From a bacterium (GTDB taxonomy: Bacteria > UBA10199 > 2-02-FULL-50-16 > JAJFLM01): a stretch of 64,000 nucleotides of DNA. Shown in pieces: positions 60,985 through 64,000 of the stretch. The translations under genes were made by a program, and so were the position numbers. Below the pieces are notes generated by a model. That model made no database searches. It was not told the origin of the DNA and worked only from the letters and a program-made list of their open reading frames with translations. Within the stretch, counting starts at the first letter, position 1, and the number at the start of each line of letters is the position of its first letter. The stretch is from positions 96,001-160,000 of the forward strand of contig CBDCFN010000016.1 of assembly GCA_965216315.1 (NCBI GenBank), in the 5' to 3' direction.

Positions 60985-62586
60985 ATGACGAAAATGAAAC
61001 GTTTGGTTTTATTTTGCACCTTGGTGCTATTCCCATTAACGATTGCGGCTGTTGAGATCGGTGAAAACAATTTCAGAATCAGTGATCAAGTCGGATTGGG
61101 CGATGCGAATTTTGATGCCGACAATCCTCTTGTAGCCTATAGCAGTGGATCGAATACGTATTTAGTCGTGTGGCCGGGCGACACGGGCGTCGGGTCGGAA
61201 GAAGAGATTTTTGGCCAGCTGCTGGATGCCAACGGGGATGAGGTGATTCCCGAGTTTCAGGTGAGTAATGCGGGGGAAGGAGAGGCCAACCCGGAAACTT
61301 TTAGCGCTCAGGAAGTAGGAGTGGCGTACAATTCCACCGATGATGAGTTTCTTGTCGTCTGGGATCAAGATCATCCGACCGGATTGGATGCCAATGCAGA
61401 TCACGTCTTCGGTCAGCGCATTGATGCGGCGACAGGAGACAAGATTGGGGATCCGTTTCTTATTAGTGACGAGACGTTGTGGGCTCGAACCTCTGATTCG
61501 GCAGTCACTTACAACTCGACCGATAATGAATATCTCGTGGTTTGGAGGGGTTCACCGACTAATTTCGATCATGAAATCCGCGGCCAGCGGATCAGTCCTA
61601 CGACAGGTTCGGAATTGGCTGGTGGTAATTTTACTGTCAGCGGAATGGGTGACGGTGAACTTAATCCTGAGGATTTTAAGTCATATGATCCGGCGGTTGC
61701 TTATAATGCGACGGATAACGAATATCTCGTGACCTGGCCCGGTGAATTAGTCTCTGATGGCCGCAGGGAAATTTTTGGGCAGCGACTCAGCGGATCAGGT
61801 GTCGAGATCGGAACAGACGACTTTCAGATCAGTGAGTTGAGTTCAGGTGAAACAACTCCGACTGATTTTGATAACTTTGGGGCTCGCATTGCCTATAATT
61901 CCAAGGACAATGAGTACTTCGTTGTTTGGGAATGGGGTGAGACGACCGTTGATAACGAGATCTACGGCCAGCGTATCCAACCGATAACTGGTTCTGAAAA
62001 AGTAGGAACTTCTAGCTTTCAAATATCCGACATGGGCTCGGCTGAAGCGATGCCGAAAAATTTTAACGCTGACGGAGCGTGGCCGGTATATAATGTCAAC
62101 ACTGATGAAATCCTTATTGTGTGGAATGGAGATGAATCGACGGATGAAGAATTTGAGGTTTTCGGACAGCGTGTAGATGGTTCCGGTGGTCCAATCGGGT
62201 CCATGTTTCAGATTAGCACCATGGGCCCGGATGGCGATGTGAATTTTACTGCCGACTCCCCGACTCTCGCTTACAATTCACAGCGCAATGAATACCTTGT
62301 GGTATGGGAAGGCGATGATGATACGGCTCCGTTGGTAGATGATGAAACGGAAATCTTTGGCCAATTACTGGCTTTTCCATCTTGCGGTGATGGCGTGACA
62401 CAGCCGGATTTTGAGGAATGCGATGATGGGAATACGGTGGATGGCGATTGCTGTGCAGCCGATTGTACGCATGAGGCCTCCGGTGCGTCCTGTGACGACG
62501 GTACGGGGACATGTGATGGGAGTGGGGCCTGCGTTGCAGATGATACCGGCTCTACCAGTGGGGGCGGCTGTTCGCTGATTCGGTAA
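60985..62586 (+). CDS. Secreted repeat (propeller-like) surface protein with Cys-rich repeat
   Basis: Signal peptide; ~7 AYN..NEYLVVW..EIFGQR repeats; CGDG..EECDDGN; ends GGGCSLIR. Confidence 0.85.
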   Translation: MTKMKRLVLFCTLVLFPLTIAAVEIGENNFRISDQVGLGDANFDADNPLVAYSSGSNTYLVVWPGDTGVGSEEEIFGQLLDANGDEVIPEFQVSNAGEGEANPETFSAQEVGVAYNSTDDEFLVVWDQDHPTGLDANADHVFGQRIDAATGDKIGDPFLISDETLWARTSDSAVTYNSTDNEYLVVWRGSPTNFDHEIRGQRISPTTGSELAGGNFTVSGMGDGELNPEDFKSYDPAVAYNATDNEYLVTWPGELVSDGRREIFGQRLSGSGVEIGTDDFQISELSSGETTPTDFDNFGARIAYNSKDNEYFVVWEWGETTVDNEIYGQRIQPITGSEKVGTSSFQISDMGSAEAMPKNFNADGAWPVYNVNTDEILIVWNGDESTDEEFEVFGQRVDGSGGPIGSMFQISTMGPDGDVNFTADSPTLAYNSQRNEYLVVWEGDDDTAPLVDDETEIFGQLLAFPSCGDGVTQPDFEECDDGNTVDGDCCAADCTHEASGASCDDGTGTCDGSGACVADDTGSTSGGGCSLIR

Positions 62587-62677
62587 AGCATTCACGATAA
62601 AGTCTGCTTGCTCGACCACTATTTGATGTCATACATCTGCTCTGCTGTGGCCATGCGGAGCCACGATAGGGGCAGAT

Positions 62678-64000
62678 ATGCATATTGGACGAGCTATTAA
62701 GATAAGTGCCTTCATGCTGGCGGGTTTTGCTACGCTTGCGATCGCGGGTGGTACTTATTTTATCGTCCAATTCAAGACGGGATTGGAGCAGGAACTCGCG
62801 CAGCGCTTGCCCGCCATTACTAAATCGCTTGGCATTGTGATCCACTATGAGGATGTCGCGTTTAGTCTCTTCACCGGGCCCGCCTTGGAAGGGGTCTCGG
62901 TCACATCCGAAAATCAAGATCCGTTGCTGCGCGTTAAATCAATCCGGCTCTTATACTCTCTTCATTTGAGGCCCGAGTTTCACGTTCTTGTCGAGGGCCT
63001 GCGTCTGGTGCGCCCCAAGGCCGAGCTGGTCATCAACGAGGAGGGCGTCACCAAGCTTCCGGATCAGCTGGGGGGGCTTATTGGTAAAGGGAAGGGGAGC
63101 GTACCGAGTTCCGCGCCTGTAGCGGACGTACCGGTGCAGTTGTCGCCACAATTGCAGCTGTTGTGGCGACAGGGACAAGTTCACATCGCTGATAAACGCG
63201 CTGCTGCAACGGATCCGTCGCCGTCGATTTCACTGCAGGAGATTGCCGGCGATCTCATTTATGATAGACAAGATGCGACTATCTCACTCGAGACGAAAGC
63301 GCGCGTTGCGGAGGAGGGCGGTCAACTCGAGTTCAAGGCGACCCGAAGTGAGGGCGATGTGAAGATGGAAGTAGCGACCGAGGAGCTCGCGCTCGCTACA
63401 TTCAAAAGTTTTCTCCCTCCCTTTGTTGTCGTCTCCGCGGACACGAAGGCGAAGCTCCAACTGAACGTGGAAAGTAAGGGTTTGGTTTGGGATACGGACT
63501 TCAGCGTGGAACTGCATGATGTAGCGCTTAATCATTGGAGACTGGCCGACCGGCGAATCAATGATATTGATGCGGGACTTGCCGGCAAGCTGCAATTTGA
63601 CCCGGCCGCGAAACGCCTCCAGTGGGAGCACTTAAATTTCGACACGAATGGTCTCGTGCTGACGGCAAACGGCCAGGCGGCGTTTGCCGACGGCTTCAAG
63701 TTGGACACAGTCATTACGAGTAAGCGCGTGCCCCTCCAGCGGGCGCTTGATGCGTTGCCTCGGGATTTTGTTCCCGCTTTATCCGGTGCCAAGGTGGATG
63801 GTACGATCAAGATCGACATGAGTTTTGGTCTCGATACGGCCAATCTGAAGACCCTCAAGTTTGAGCCGGACATTGAGATCGAGAACTTTAGATTGTTGCA
63901 GGCCTCTGAGGCTGTCGACATTGAAATGCTCAAGCAACCGTTCCTCCATCGAGCGCGTAAGGCGGGTGAAGTCGTTCAAGAGTTTTGGGTCGGACGTCGC
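62678..64000 (+). CDS. AsmA-like membrane-anchored protein, possibly fused to a transglycosylase (runs off the window)
   Basis: ORF from MHIGRAIKISAF with an N-terminal TM, open to the window end; missing from the ORF track because it has no stop. Confidence 0.6.
   Translation, partial: MHIGRAIKISAFMLAGFATLAIAGGTYFIVQFKTGLEQELAQRLPAITKSLGIVIHYEDVAFSLFTGPALEGVSVTSENQDPLLRVKSIRLLYSLHLRPEFHVLVEGLRLVRPKAELVINEEGVTKLPDQLGGLIGKGKGSVPSSAPVADVPVQLSPQLQLLWRQGQVHIADKRAAATDPSPSISLQEIAGDLIYDRQDATISLETKARVAEEGGQLEFKATRSEGDVKMEVATEELALATFKSFLPPFVVVSADTKAKLQLNVESKGLVWDTDFSVELHDVALNHWRLADRRINDIDAGLAGKLQFDPAAKRLQWEHLNFDTNGLVLTANGQAAFADGFKLDTVITSKRVPLQRALDALPRDFVPALSGAKVDGTIKIDMSFGLDTANLKTLKFEPDIEIENFRLLQASEAVDIEMLKQPFLHRARKAGEVVQEFWVGRR

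Noticed and set aside
62951..63979. Several short minus-strand ORFs
   Set aside because: Shadows of the unterminated + strand ORF starting at 62678

Overview
A ~55% GC bacterial window (by eye). TIGR02147 paralogs, Myxococcus-type Cys-rich repeats and many sigma54 promoters suggest a deltaproteobacterial (Myxococcota/Bdellovibrionota-like) organism; this is inference only. Recognisable genes are iscS, ogt, comEC, tRNA-Val(CAC), a BamA/TolB-like outer-membrane protein, tldD-pmbA, a haloalkane dehalogenase and a hybrid histidine kinase. A SAM-I-riboswitch-controlled sulfur operon reads cysK-like, thrC-like, NIL, cysM, JAMM protease, ThiS/CysO carrier, radical SAM, DASS transporter, USP, sat. 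Notable unannotated structure: (1) a bipartite promoter RCAAC-N16/17-CGA, often with a 20-bp palindrome exactly 16 nt upstream, found about 17 times ahead of orphan genes, TIGR02147 modules and surface proteins, suggesting an alternative-sigma regulon of possible secreted effectors; (2) four diverged copies of the pmbA 3' end that delimit ORF6N, HicAB, RelE-HTH and Fic cassettes with no integrase in view; (3) three surface proteins ending in a TM-less GGCSL[MLI]R-stop motif; (4) palindromic repeats inserted in frame in comEC. All calls come from reading the sequence by eye; no database searches were run.
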